A stretch of 64,000 bases of DNA from the human T2T-CHM13v2.0 reference genome, Homo sapiens: assembly GCF_009914755.1 (NCBI RefSeq), contig NC_060944.1; one strand, written 5' to 3'. The position numbers were made by a program, and so were the translations under genes. Of the stretch, positions 1 to 14,968 are shown piece after piece. The first letter of the stretch is position 1; every line of letters begins with the position of its first letter. Under the pieces are notes generated by a model. That model ran no database searches. It was not told the origin of the DNA and saw nothing but the letters and a program-made list of their open reading frames with translations.

Positions 1-91
1 TAGGCACAGATGTCTCAACTGTCCTGGTTGCGTCAGGTTCTGTGAGAAATAAATTTTGATTTTACTGAAATATTGTTGGTTTGTTTCCTAG

Positions 92-168
92 ATGACCACT
101 CTAGAGTCCACCTGACACCGGTTGAAGGGGTTCCAGATTCTGATTACATCAATGCTTCATTCATCAAC
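92..168 (+). CDS. PTPRA: PTPRA coding exon, D1 phosphatase domain ([26 protein letters not shown])
   Basis: AG at 90-91 and GT at 169-170; 77 nt; PTP DYINAS motif. The gene continues upstream of the window. Confidence 0.97.
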
Positions 169-530
169 GTAAGGATCGGGTGCTTTCCCTGTCACTTCCC
201 TGCCTGACCATTGCCACTATCTGTTGGCTCCTCCCCAGCTGTGTGTTAGGAGAAATATTTGTCATTTCATGTTTTCCCTGACAAGTCTGGTTTTTTTAAG
301 TGACTGAATTTTTTTTTAAGGTCAGTCAAATAGTTTTAATCATTTTCTATATTTACCCTGTCGTCATTCCCTATGGTTTCCCATGTAGAAATCTGTGTCT
401 AAATATGTATTTTGTGATAAGAGTCAGTGAATCCTTTATTGAGCTGATTCTAATTACAAACAAAAGCAGGCCTTGCCCTCAACAGTAAAAATAAGGGAGA
501 ACAGGACAAGAATACCTGACATGACACCAG

Positions 531-604
531 CTATATTATATATGTGTGTGTATGTATATATGTGTGTGTGTGTGTCTGTGTGTGTGTATATATATATATA
601 TATG
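531..604. repeat. Compound (TA)n/(TG)n microsatellite
   Basis: Alternating dinucleotide tract seen directly. Confidence 0.95.
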
Positions 605-914
605 ACTATCTGGTTAGCCATATATGAACCAAGGCCTGAGGGAAGAGCTGATACTAAGAGGAGGTTTTTAAAGATGATTTAGAGAATGTTTATAGAACAG
701 TCTGTATGAGAGATTTGAGGTTTTTGTTTGGTTGGTTTTGTCTTTGGCAGTAGCCTGAAAAAACACATAAAGAGTTAAGAATATGTTTTATAGGTTTGGG
801 GGAAGCATCCTGTAGAGAGAGTGAATTTGAACAGAAAAAAGAGAGAGGGAAAGCTGGCAAAAGCAAGTCTGACTCCTGATGCAAAATGCATGAGAAGACT
901 GGATAAAATTTCCA

Positions 915-1728
915 CTTGCATGTTTATAGCAGCATTAATCCTAAAAGCCAGGTGGGAGCACTCCAAGTGTCCATTGACGGATGAGTGAATAAATTAAATG
1001 TGGTACATGCATACAGTGGAATGTTATTCAGCCTTTAAAAGGAAGGAAATTCTAATACATGCTACAACATGGATGAACCTGGAAGACATCATGGTAAGTG
1101 AAATAAGCCAGTCACAAAAGGACAAATATTGTATGATTCTACATATAGAATATAAACTATATATACATATGTAGAGTAGTCAAATTCACAGGGACAGAAA
1201 GTAGAATAGTGGTTGCTGGGGGAGGGAGGAATGAGGAGTGGGTACAGAGTTTCATCTGGGGAAGATGAAAAAGTTCTGTAGACGGATGGTGGTGATGGTT
1301 GCACGACAGCGTGAATATACTTAATGCTACAGAACTGTACACTTAAAATGGCTAAAATCAGCCGGGCACGGTGGCACACCTGTAATCTCAGCACTTTGGG
1401 AGGCCAAGGCGGTGGATCACTTGAGGTCAGAAGTTTGAGACCAGCCTGACCAAGATGGTGAAACCTCATCTCTACTAAAAAAAAAAAAAAAACAAAAAAA
1501 AAAAAAACAACTTAGCCGGGCGTGGTGGCAGGCGCCTGTAATCCCAGCTACTTGGGAGATTGAGGCAGAGAATTGCTTGAACCCGGGAGGCGGAGGTTGC
1601 AGTGAGCCGAGATGGCGCCACTGCACTCCAGCCTGGGCGACAGGGTGAGACTGTCTCAAAAAAAAAGAAGAGTCAAAATGGCTAAAATCGTAAATTTTAT
1701 GTTGTATTTTACCACAAGAAAAAAAAAG
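915..1728 (+). mobile_element. Old L1 (L1MB-like) 3' end interrupted by an Alu (1360-1670)
   Basis: Typical L1M 3' sequence (aaatgtggtacat...catggatgaacct...aagccagtcacaaaaggacaaata); Alu TSD aaaatggctaaaatc at 1345-1359 and 1675-1689. Confidence 0.85.
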
Positions 1729-2581
1729 GACACTGATGGAGAGATTAGTGTGAACATAAGAAGGGCTGTTTCTTCCTCTGAGAGTGAAGATAAAGGAGAG
1801 GACAGAATGGATAGAGACGACTCGTAGGTGTGGGTAAAGCAAGTTGAGGCAACTCACCCGTGTGCTCATGGTTGTGTACTGAACAAATGAGATGGGACTG
1901 TGACATGAGAGCTTCGAAAGTTTAGAACAGCTTCTGAGGTCCCTGAGAAAAGGATACCAAAGAGAGAAAGCAAAGGACATGTCTAGTGGGATGTCATTGA
2001 TGGGGGTGGGGGGTGCTGAGTTGTGTGATTTTTTTTTTCTTCATCTGCACCCTGGGATTGGTGGTAAATGCAGAGGACATGTGGTACTCAGACAAAAGGG
2101 AAGGTCAGTGGCTGCTTCAAGTAGTCAGCCAAGGGCTTCAGTTTCAGTAGAAAAGAAAAGCGTTAGGAAGTTGTTAGGAATAAACAACTATTCCTAAGGT
2201 GGTAGGATTGAGGAACTGGAGATCTTGAGAAAGTGAAAGAACAGGAGGTTGTGTCCAAAAAATAGGCTATTAGATGGACTTCAAAAATGGGGCAGTCCGG
2301 GCATTCTCACTGGAGTGAATTTGCTGAAGTTCCTGTATGTATGTTTAACATTAATGGTTACATGTTTGTAGTTTTAAGGAAAGGGACCCTGACTAGACAA
2401 ATAATTGTTGTAGTCGATAAGGAAAATGGAGAAAGGCTAGTAATCAGCAGGAATTCCTAGAACTTACATCGAAGATCATGATGAAGAGATTAGGTGGAAT
2501 AGGTTGACTTTAATGTTATGCAGAAGAGAAGAGCAAGATCAGTTAGTGTGTCCAGCTGCGGGTAAGAGAATACTCAACTAA

Positions 2582-2776
<195 letters not shown>

Positions 2777-3095
2777 TAGTAGAGACGGTGTTTTGCTATG
2801 CTGGCCAGGCTGGTCTTGAACTCTGAGCCTCAAGTGATCCACCTGCCTCTGCCTCCCAAAGTGCTGGGATTACAGGCGTGAGCCACCGTGCCCAGCTGGA
2901 ACATTTATTTGTCTCATATACTGTGAAAGCAAATGGAGACCAGTTCTTGAGTTGGCTGATTCCATGGGTCAGTGACATACTTACAAAACCAGGTGCTTCC
3001 ATCTTTCTACTCAGTTATCCTTAGCCCTGTCAACAGTCTCATGGCCACAAGATGGCTGCAGCAGTCCCAAGCATTCCTCATAAACACAGCATCCA

Positions 3096-3479
<384 letters not shown>

Positions 3480-6167
3480 TCACGGAATCCTCCCCACCAC
3501 CCTGTCCTCAGGACCAGCAGGCCAGGATTGGATCACATGTTCACATCCCTCTCTAATCACTGGCTAGGACATTGAGAATGATCATGATTTACCCCTCTGA
3601 GCCTGGGGAATGGGCACCTTCCAAGCCAGTGAAAGGTTAATGTCCAAACAAAATTGTGGCTCTAATGGCAAAGAAGAAAGGGAGGAATGGATTTGAGTTA
3701 GTAACCAGCAGCATCTGCCACCGTAACCAGTTTGGTCCCTTCCCACATTGAAGGTGAAAACTGACAAAAGTTAATTGTATGTTAAGGCTGTTAAGCAGCT
3801 GAGATGGGGATCTCTTCATGGTAATGGCACAGTAGAAAGAAACAGCCTTATCCCTTGACCATGTTTATTTAGAGCTTACACTAGGGCATTCCATAATGCC
3901 TTGATGGTTATTAGACAGTTATTAGTAGGCAGAGTTTACATGAAGAGGGTTAAATGGGGGACCTTATGAACTCAGTGAAGGAACAAAAGCAGGGAAAAAC
4001 CTGTGGTTAACCATAAGTGGGAAGCAGGGATTAAAGATTTGGATTTCACAGTTTATTAAACTCAGTCAACATTTTTTGAGCACCTGCTGTGTGCCAAGCA
4101 CTGTGGGTAGGCTTAAAGGTTACAGAGGTAAGATGTAATCCCTCATATACTACACAGGTAGTTAGGTTGTTTCCTGTAATGTGCTACGTGTGCAAAGGAG
4201 GTATTGCCAGGTTCTGTGGAGTTATGAGAAAAAACATTCAGCCCAGCCTGGTAACCCAGTAGAGCTCATTATTGAAGAGTGAGTCAGAGTTCAGGAGAAG
4301 AAAGTTGGGCAGAAACTTCAAAGCAAAGGAGAAACATGAGCAAAGTCACAGAGACTAGAAACAGCAGTCTTAGGTTATAAGGTATAAGATGGGAAGTGGT
4401 GGGAAATGAGACTTGATCTTGAAAGGTAGTGGATGTCAAGTGTGTCCATTGGAGTTCTTACTTGCAGACTATAGAGTGTACTTTTCATCCACTCTTTTAA
4501 GCAGAAAGGGGTTTATTATAAGATACTGGGTACCTTAACAAAACCTGGGGAAGAGCCAGTGAGCCAAGCTCAGATGCTGCTCAGCAAAGAGCAGAGCAGC
4601 TATAGATCTATGCAGCATGTGACTGTCATAGTGAAACCTCTGCACAGTGCTGCAGAAGAACTGGATGCTTCTACTACCGTGCTTGCCCAAAGACCAGATT
4701 TCTAGCACAGTCGTTATCTCATGTTGCTCATTTCTACCCCAAGTCTTGTGTGGGAGCATCTGCTAGGAAGAAGCTAGGTCTCGTGGATTGCTGAGCTGCT
4801 AGGGAGTCTGGGAAATGTAGCTGTAAGATAGTCAAGCTAGAAGGGAGCAGGAGTGGGTACTAAGTGAACCACCTAATAGTGTCTGCCAGTTTTCAGTACA
4901 GCTGAGCGGTTTTGATGAATTTATCTAGGCCGTGGGGTACCATTGAAAAGTGTTCAAGGCAGGGAGTAGTGTGACCACATTTACATATTGATCACTGGGG
5001 CTATCATGTACAACATGGATTTAGGAGGGGCCAATTGGGGGCTATTGCAATAGCAGGTAGATCACAAATGATGAGGGTTGACAAGGAAGCGGCGACAAAG
5101 TGAAAACTACGTGGAGGTAGAATTTAGCAGGAATTGGTGGTTGATTTATATATGAGAGAGTAGAGGGTGATATATCCATGTAGATGTATCCAGCATACAG
5201 TTGGTCATATCTAGAGCTGTGGACTTGGAAGTAATAAAGGAGTGGGCCAAGAACAGAGCCCTTGGGCCCACAGCCCCTGCCAGGCACATTGAACAGGTGC
5301 TCATGGGTGAGATGGAAGGAGACCAAGAGAAGAGAGCATCTGAGAAGGCAAAGATAAAGCATGGCTCAGGAAGTGTTTGGCAGTGAAGAGGGTTATGTGC
5401 AGATTAGAGATCAGTGGGAAAGAGGAACAGATTTTCTTTGGACTTAGTGTGTAGGGCAGCATCCTTTGCTGAAGCAAATTCAGAGGCCGTTTGTTGCATC
5501 CTTTTTGTGGGCTGCTAGTTAACACTTATCAAACCCTTTTTTTCCCCTAACATTGAGGTATAATATATATAACATAAAATTCACCCATTTTAAGTGAGAA
5601 TTCAGTGATTTTTTGGTAAGTTTACCAAGTTATGCAGCCATCACCATAAATGTCTTAGAACATTTTCTAACAACTTTATTGAGATGTAATTCAAATACCA
5701 TGTATTTCACCCAGAGTTTACAATTCAGTGTTTTTTTAAGTATATTCACATATAACTGCAGCCCATCACCAATTTTAGAACATTGTCATCCCCTCAAAAG
5801 AAGAACCTTACACTCTAGCTGTTGCCCCCTTAGTTTTAGAACACATTGCTCACCCCAAAAAGAACCTCAGTGTCTAAATACAATTAATCTCCATTCTCAC
5901 CCCCCGGCCATCACTTAACTTTTTGCGTAGAGAACTGAGACCACACACATGGATCTTGAAGGGAACTAGGCACCATGGAGTAGTGGTGAAAGGCCTAGGA
6001 AAGTGGGGTCTGTAGTTTGGGAAACACATAGGTCAGCTAACCTAACACTGTTCACAGGAGGAGATGAAACAGAGGCAGTGGCACAGTTGGCAGGTGGGCT
6101 TCCAGCCTAGAGCCTTAGGAGAAACCAGTTTCCTTACTCATTTTTAGATGTCTAAGAATATATAGGA

Positions 6168-6459
6168 TTTTTTTTTTTTTTTGAGACGGAATTTCACTCT
6201 TGTTGCCCAGGCTGGAGTGCAATGGCGCGATCTCACTACAACCTCTGCATCCGGGGTTCAAGCAATTCTCCTGCCTCAGCCTCCCAAGTAGCTGAGATTA
6301 CAGGCATGCACCACCACACCTGCTAATTTTGTATTTTTAGTAGAGATGGGGTTTCTCCATGTTGGTCATGCTGGCCTCAAACTCCCTACCTCAGGTGATC
6401 TGCCCACCTCGGCCTCCCAAAGTGTTGGGATTAGAGGCATGAGCCACCGCGCCCAGCCT
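6168..6459 (-). mobile_element. Alu (Sp-like)
   Basis: Full-length antisense Alu with T-tail; tttctccatgttggtca diagnostic; TSD containing agaatatataggat. Confidence 0.88.
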
Positions 6460-7006
6460 AGAATATATAGGATCTTTAGACGTGTTTCTTTTTAGAGGTA
6501 GGAATGTAGCTACCACCTAGAGCCCACTGAGATTCAGCTTTCAGAATCTAGAGACATCTCAGGAGCCAGGGAGCCACATTTCATCTTTCCCTTGAACAGA
6601 ACACAAGATCAGTGGCTTTGCTTCATTCTCATTACTCTGTATTAGTTAAGCAGTGCCGCCACATCACTGTACAAGCATGTTTTCAGGAAGGCATATGACG
6701 CACTCCTGGTAAGATGGGGCAGGAAGCACTTTGGGGCTGGGCCTTCCAACCAGGTGTTCAGGCTGTTCAGGGCCCGCATGCTGCAATGAGAATTTAGCAG
6801 TGACTCCTCATGGAGCAGGAATATGATGCGCTTAACGTATTCTTAAGGACTTCTCAGTTTTAATTATAAGTTTAGTAATATAAGCAGAATTTAACATCCA
6901 GAATTAAGGCTATTTCCATTTCCATTCTCTAATAAATAAAAACATTTGTTGAAACTTAAATTGCTCTTCTCAATGAAAACTTTAACAAGTCTTTTGTTGC
7001 TGACTA

Positions 7007-7414
<408 letters not shown>

Positions 7415-8596
7415 TCAGATTTAGGCCACTTCTTATATTTGGCCACTGCCTTGCAGCCTTGTAGTTCACATTGCCACCCTGGTGTTGGTGTGACATGGTG
7501 TCCCATCCCTGAAGCTGCCTCCCTTGTTACTCACCTTATTGCTGTCTGAGAAAGGAAATGGGTGATTCACAATCCTTAAATCAAGTGGCTTTCTCTTACC
7601 TAGAACTTCTGAATTGAACATACATTTAAACAATGACGTTGAAAAGATGTATAACTGGAGCAATAAAGACTGAAAAAGAAAGCTGCGGCCAGTTGTTAGT
7701 TTTTCCGAGGCTCCTTATCTGTTGAGTGGCACCCCAGGCTCCCTTGCTCTTGTCCCCCACTGCCTGTGATAGAGAAGCCTCTTGTTAAACACTGGGAGCT
7801 ACTTCACCACACTCACAGGCTATTCCCAGAAAGATTTTGCACCTGGGTAAAGCATCCTTGAGAAAATAACCTGTTTTCTTTCCCAGAGTGAACCCAGCTT
7901 CATCCCTGGAACCACCACATATGCTTTTCCCCTGGTGGGTTCTTAACCTGTTAACACTGAAATCTACATTGTTAGCTGCTGATAAAGCATCAGAAACATG
8001 GTCTAATCTGGGAGTCAGTATTTGGATTTCTTTTTTCTTTCTTTCTTTTTCTTTTTTTTTTTTTTTTGGAGATGGAGTCTTGCTCTGTCACCAAGGCTGG
8101 AGTGCAGTGGCGCAATCTTGGCTTGGCTCAGTGCAACCTCCACCTCCCAGGTTCAAGCAATTCTCTTGCCTTAGCCACCCTAGTAGCTGGAATTACAGGA
8201 GTGCACCACCACGCCCGGCTAATTTTTGTATTTTAGTAGAGATGGGGTTTCACCATGTTGGCCCCATGCTCTCACACTCTTGACCTTAGATGATCCGCCC
8301 ACCTTGGCCTCTCAAAGTTCTGGGATTACAGGTGTGAGCTACCACGCCTGGCCTGGATTTCTTATTCTAGTATTTATTAATAATTCAATTTGAGAAGACT
8401 ACCTAGACTATTTGAGTTTTGTAATCTCTAATTCCTAGCTCTAAAGCTAATCCCTTGTGAATATCTAGACTGGAAATCCCCGTTAAGTACCTGCACATTT
8501 TCAGGTTTTGTTAACTGGTTGGAGTCAGACTGGAGAATTTCATTTCTATTCATTTTTGGTTTTCTCTTTCTTTTTCTTTCCTTCCCCACACCCCAG

Positions 8597-8633
8597 GGCT
8601 ACCAAGAAAAGAACAAATTCATTGCTGCACAAG
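8597..8633 (+). CDS. PTPRA: PTPRA coding exon, D1 (GYQEKNKFIAAQG)
   Basis: ccccag/GGC...AAG/gtaaag; 37 nt; in frame with its neighbours; first half of the IAAQGP motif. Confidence 0.96.
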
Positions 8634-9158
8634 GTAAAGTAATGACAACTTTTTTCTGTTAGATTTAACCATGATCACATAATGGGTTTGGTTTTTTTCT
8701 CCCAAATGCTGAGTGGATTAACCAGAATGCTGTAGCTTTTCTGTACTTTTTACCACCTGAAAGAATTATAATCCATTATACAGGTTTACAGCTAACAGCC
8801 TTCATCTTGATGACTTAGTATCCAGGGATCCATTAAAAGAAGTCTTTTTGTGTATGTATATTAAAAAGACTGGAAAAGGCTGTATACACAAAACACAGTC
8901 TAATAAGGCCCTCTGTCCTTGGGGCTAGTTAACCTTAGGTTCCAGCCAGGCTGCTCAGAGTTTGAATTAGGAATCAGTTTCCAGAGAGGATCAGCCACCT
9001 CACAGGGTCCAGGCTGGTTCTCCCCCAGCTCATGGGCCTGAGCCTCACCATTATTCACAGATAGTTGGTCTAGGAACCCTCAGATCAGGGACCCAGCACC
9101 ATGTCCTTTATGTGTTCTACACACATTTCCAGGCCTGCTGTTCTAACAACTGTCTTCA

Positions 9159-9498
<340 letters not shown>

Positions 9499-10563
9499 TC
9501 ATTAGGGACTACAAGATTTATAAAAACAAAGTTCTCCTCCCTTTTCTTTTCACTTTTTTAGTCTAATGCCCCTGGGGCAACCATTTTTATCTATTGGCTT
9601 CTTATGATAGATGACATCATCTGATCCCCTTACAGAGCACCTCCCCCTCAGTCAGACAGACGTGTACCCACATATCCTCCCCATTCTCCCAGAAGAGTCA
9701 AATCACAATTTGGGGTTAAGGTATTTATTATTATTATGAGTTTACAAATATTCACAGCCGAAACACACAGTATTATGTTATTTTTTGTATAGTTTTTTTC
9801 CCCCTTCTTTTTTAGTCATTGTGTTTTTTATATACCTACTACTGATTTTCCTCCCAAACTCTTTACCAGAAGTATATATCTTCTCTCAGTACCTTTAGAT
9901 ACATGAGGTTTAATTTTTTTATCTTGGGATCCTTCTAGAATCTTCTTTCTTCAGTTGCATTGTGGATTGGTTGCTCTCTATCCTCTGGCAGAGTTATCAT
10001 TCTAAGACCAGTACCCTGGGAATTCCGTTAGCCTCTCTGCTGTGTTGGATCTCATTTATTTTCCTCTGTTTGCCTCTCATTTTTGTTTAGAATTTTCTAG
10101 TGACTTTCCGAAAAAGGTTATATGGGAGGTAAATTTTGAATTCTAGCCTGAACAAGTCATCCAACCTTTCTGGGGCTGATGACACCCACCTCAGAGCATA
10201 ATAGGAAGGAGTAAATGCCATATGAAGCACTTAGCTCACTGTCAGGTCCATAATGTAGGTATTCTGTGAGCAGTCATGATTTCTAATTCCCAACTGTAAT
10301 ATCCTTGGGAGACATCATTCGTGTTCTGTTTATATTTTTGACAGCCTTCCACCCAGCCCCATCCTTGTGCAGTGCCTGGCACATACATGGTAGAAACATG
10401 GAAAATACTCAATTAGTAACGGGGTGGATGGATACATGGGTTAGATATTTAGCTGGGGACATTTGGGCACAAGCTTCCAAAAGTCAGGAATGGATGTTCC
10501 CAGCCTCCCAGCATCTTTCTTCTTGGTGTATATTCTCTTCATTTTTGCTGTTGGCTACTTTAG

Positions 10564-10661
10564 GACCAAAAGAAGAAACGGTGAATGATTTCTGGCGGAT
10601 GATCTGGGAACAAAACACAGCCACCATCGTCATGGTTACCAACCTGAAGGAGAGAAAGGAG
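10564..10661 (+). CDS. PTPRA: PTPRA coding exon, D1 ([33 protein letters not shown])
   Basis: tag/GA...GAG/gtaagt; 98 nt; DFWRMIW and IVMVT PTP motifs. Confidence 0.97.
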
Positions 10662-10990
10662 GTAAGTGGAAAAATTGGATGTGAACAGCAGAAGGATCAC
10701 TCTGCATATAAGCTCTGAGTTTAAGCCTGGCTGTCTATCCTTTGTGGGTGCTGTACCAGTAGTTCATCCAGAAAGACACAGGCTGAAGTCTATCAGACTT
10801 TGCTATGGCCTGGAAGCCCCAGATATGAACCTCAGGTGTGTGCCTAGAGCACATTCCCTGTATTTGGTAGTCAAACAACTCACCCTGGTTCCAGAACAGC
10901 CTGAAAGAGACTGACTTGGGCCATCAGCTAAGGAAAAGCCACAGAGGGGTTTTTTTTGTTGTTGTTTTGTTTTGTTTTGTTTTGTTTTTT

Positions 10991-12855
10991 TATTGATCAT
11001 TCTTGGGTGTTTCTCATAGAGGGGGATTTGGCAGGGTCACAGGACAATAGTGGAGGGAAGGTCAGCAGATAAACAAGTGAACAAAGGTCTCTGGTTTTCC
11101 TAGGCAGAGGACCCTGCGGCCTTCTGCAGTGTTTGTGTCCCTGGGTACTTGAGATTAGGGAGTGGTGATGACTCTTAACGAGCCTGCTGCCTTCAAGCAT
11201 CTGTTTAACAAAGCACATCTTGCACCGCCCTTAATCCATTCAACCCTGAGTGGATACAGCACATGTTTCAGAGAGCACAGGGTTGGGGGTAAGGTCACAG
11301 ATCTACAGGATCCCAAGGCAGAAGATTTTTTCTTAGTATAGAACAAAATGAAAAGTCTCCCATGTCTACTTCTTTCCACACAGACACGGCAACCATCCGA
11401 TTTCTCAATCTTTTCCCCACCTTTCCCCCCTTTCTATTCCACAAAACCGCCATTGTCATCATGGCCCGTTCTCAATGAGCTGCTGGGCACACCTCCCAGA
11501 CGGGGTGGTGGCCGGGCAGAGGGGCTCCTCACTTCCCAGTAGGGGCGGCCGGGCAGAGGCGCCCCTCACCTCCCGGACAGGGCGGCTGGCCGGGCGGGGG
11601 GCTGATCCCCCCACCTCCCTCCCGGACGGGGTGGCTGGCCGGGCAGAGGGGCTCCTCACTTCCCAGTAGGGGCGGCCGGGCAGAGGCGCCCCTCACCTCC
11701 CGGACGGGGCGGCTGGCCGGGCAGGGGGCTGATCCCCCAACCTCCCTCCCGGACAGGGCGGCTGGCCGGGCGGGGGGGCTGACCCCCCCACCTCCCGGAC
11801 GGGGCGGCTGGCCGGGCAGAGGGGCTCCTCACTTCCCAGTAGGGGCGGCCGGGCAGAGGCGCCCCTCACCTCCTGGACGGGGCGGCTGGCCGGGCGGGGG
11901 GCTGATCCCCCAACCTCCCTCCCGGACGGGGCGGCCGGCCGGGCGTGGGGCTGACCCCCCCACCTCCCTCCCGGACGGGGCGGCTGGCCGGGCGGGGGGC
12001 TGACCCCCCCACCTCCCTCCCGGACGAGGTGGCTGCCGGGCAGAGACGCTCCTCACTTCCCAGACGGGGTGGCTGCTGGGCGGAGGGGCTCCTCACTTCT
12101 CAGACCGGGCGGCTGCTGGGCGGAGGGGCTCCTCACTTCTCAGACGGGGCGGTTGCCAGGCAGAGGGTCTCCTCACTTCTCAGACGGGGCGGCCAGGCAG
12201 AGATGCTCCTCACATCCCGGACGGGGCGGCAGGGCAGAGGTGCTCCCCACATCTCAGACGATGGGCGGCCGGGCAGAGACGCTCCTCACTTCCTAGATGG
12301 GATGGCGGCCGGGCAGAGACTCTCCTCACTTTCCAGACTGGGCAGCCAGGCAGAGGGGCTCCTCACATCCCAGACGATGGGCGGCCGGGCAGAGACGCTC
12401 CTCACTTCCCAGACGGGGTGGCGGCTGGGCAGAGGCTGCAATCTCGGCGCTTTGGGAGGCCAAAGCAGGCTGCTGGGAGGTGGAGGTTGTAGCGAGCCAA
12501 GATCACGCCACTGCACTCCAGCCTGGGCACCATTGAGCACTGAGTGAACGAGACTCCGTCTGCAATCCCGGCACCTCGGGAGGCCGAGGCTGGCAGATCA
12601 CTTGCGGTTAGGAGCTGGAGACCAGCCCGGCCAACACAGCGAAACCCCGTCTCCACCAAAAAAATACGAAAACCAGTCAGGCGTGGCGGCGCGCGCCTGC
12701 AATCGCAGGCACTCGGCAGGCTGAGGCAGGAGAATCAGGCAGGGAGGTTGCAGTGAGCCGAGATGGCAGCAGTACCGTCCAGCTTCGGCTCGGCATCGGA
12801 GGGAGACCGTGGAAAGAGAGGGAGAGGGAGACCGTGGGGAGAGGGAGAGGGAGAG
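10991..12855 (-). mobile_element. Near full-length SVA retrotransposon (SINE-R, GC-rich VNTR about 11490-12420, Alu-like domain, short CCCTCT head), antisense in a PTPRA intron
   Basis: All SVA domains are present in order; 18-nt TSD tgttttgttttgtttttt at 10973-10990 and 12857-12874. Confidence 0.96.
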
Positions 12856-12874
12856 CTGTTTTGTTTTGTTTTTT

Positions 12875-13145
12875 GAGACGGAGTCTCGCTCTGTCGCCCA
12901 GGCTGAAGGGCAGTGGTGCCATCTCGGCTCACTGCAAGCTCCGCCTCCCGGGTTCACACCATTCTTCTGCCTCAGCCTCCCGAGTACCACCCGCCACCAC
13001 GCCCAGCTAATTTTTTGTGTTTTTTTTAGTAGAGACGGGGTTTCACTGTGTTAGGCAGGATGGTCTCGATCTCCTGACCTCGTGATCCACCCACCTCGGC
13101 CTCCCAAAGTGCTGGGATTATAGGCGTGAGCCACCACGCCCGGCC
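12875..13145 (-). mobile_element. AluY whose tail hosts the SVA
   Basis: Y-type gcaagctccgcctcccgggttca; flanking cacagagg repeated at about 10940 and 13146. Confidence 0.88.
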
Positions 13146-14056
13146 CACAGAGGAGCTTTTTTCCCCTGGTTTCTCTAGTTCCTTATTTCCCTGGTTTTCT
13201 GCCCCACCTGCTGAGGCCTTTGGTATATCCTGGATCAGCAGAGGGAGCTTTATGAACTGAGACCCTGCAAGCCAAAGGGAATTTGAGGCCTTGGCCTAAT
13301 CCTGGAGGCAGCCTCCTAACTGGGCCTTTTCCTTTTGTGGCTACCAAGTGCATGCCTGGCCTAACCAGCTCTATCACTGGGCCACAGCCAGAGCCAATTC
13401 TGGGTCCTGGGGTCGAGCCCCAGCGAGGAATACCTATTTGTTACCGTGTTTCTCAAGGATGGCCCTTGAGTCACCTTGATCCTAGGGTATCGGGTGTCAT
13501 GATCAACAGCTCCACAGTGGCATGGGAAGACAGTGCTAGGGCTGGGCTTTAGGTTAGTTTCCTCCAACCAAACCTCTTGCTCTTGGAAGCTATCCAAAGC
13601 TCAGGCAACAGAAAAAGCTCTAGGCCTCTCATGGCAGGTTTACAGTCTGCATCAGTCTACCCTGGTGGCCCCCTCATAGCAGACTGCTGGTTCGAGGGGT
13701 TCAAACAGGCTTTCTCCTAGAGCATGACCTGAAATGTTGTGAAAGTGCAGATTTTGTAGGTAAGATGGCTTCAGATTCGCCCTGAACCAAGGGAGTGTGG
13801 GTGGGAAACATTGAGAAGTATGGGGCTAGGGCTGTGTGTAAGTTAGGAGACTGTGCTCAATAGGATGGCGGCTAAGGAACTTGAGAAAAGGGCAAATTTG
13901 AATAAGTAAGTGTGCAACTGACTGAGATAGAGAAGAGGTCAAAGGGCCTTCTGGGGGACTTTAATCTGGGCTTTGTGGGCTCTTCCTTCCAGGCCCTTTG
14001 CATCTGCCATGGGCAGGAGGTCTAAGGTCAGGGAATGTATGTCTTTTTCTTTCCAG

Positions 14057-14176
14057 TGCAAGTGCGCCCAGTACTGGCCAGACCAAGGCTGCTGGACCTA
14101 TGGGAATATTCGGGTGTCTGTAGAGGATGTGACTGTCCTGGTGGACTACACAGTACGGAAGTTCTGCATCCAGCAG
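14057..14176 (+). CDS. PTPRA: PTPRA coding exon, D1 ([10 protein letters not shown]...KFCIQQ)
   Basis: ttccag/TGC...CAG/gtagtg; 120 nt; KCxxYWP motif. Confidence 0.97.
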
Positions 14177-14801
14177 GTAGTGTCTCCTCTGTCCTTTCTC
14201 AGTTCTTATGTTGGATCTGCTGACCAGTAAGAGGGAACAGGCTGGATCATCCCGCTGTGGTCAGGAGTTGCTGAGTATGCAGTATGTGAATTCTGAAACC
14301 AGATATCCGGGCTCAGGGGAACTTGTCTGTCAAAGCTAAAGGAGCAGTATTTTCATGACTGGTGAAAAATTACCTGTTGAGATGAAGTCTGATCATTTAG
14401 ATATGACCAAGCACTGTGGAAAGGGAGCATGGGGAGGCAGTGCAGTCTCCTAGGTGCTTGACTCACCTTTCTCCTCCTTTCCTACTCCAAAGACTCCTGA
14501 CATCAAGGATGTGATGGGCCTGCCCCTGGCCCTCCAGGCAACCCTGGAGACCTGAGCAAAGGTCACCTTCAGCCAAGGGGCAGTGTGGTACTGCGAAAAG
14601 AGGACTTAGCTGGGAGCACTGCATTTTAGTTCTGACCCTGCCACTGACTAGTTGTGAGACCTTGTGTCTGTGGTTAACTAACTCCCCTGGGTACACTTAC
14701 TTTTCCATTGTCACTGACAACCACAGCTGTCACCTTCCCTCCCCTGGTACTGCCCACCCTTGGGTATCAGGGCCAACACACAGGATCTCCTCACTTCACA
14801 G

Positions 14802-14968
14802 GTGGGCGACATGACCAACAGAAAGCCACAGCGCCTCATCACTCAGTTCCACTTTACCAGCTGGCCAGACTTTGGGGTGCCTTTTACCCCGATCGGCATG
14901 CTCAAGTTCCTCAAGAAGGTGAAGGCCTGTAACCCTCAGTATGCAGGGGCCATCGTGGTCCACTGCAG
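14802..14968 (+). CDS. PTPRA: PTPRA coding exon, D1 WPD loop to VHC
   Basis: cacag/GTG...TGCAG/gtcagt; 167 nt; [13 protein letters not shown] and IVVHC. Confidence 0.97.

Noticed and set aside
11348-13054. Many overlapping ORFs up to 200 aa
   Set aside because: All lie in the SVA VNTR and Alu-like domain.
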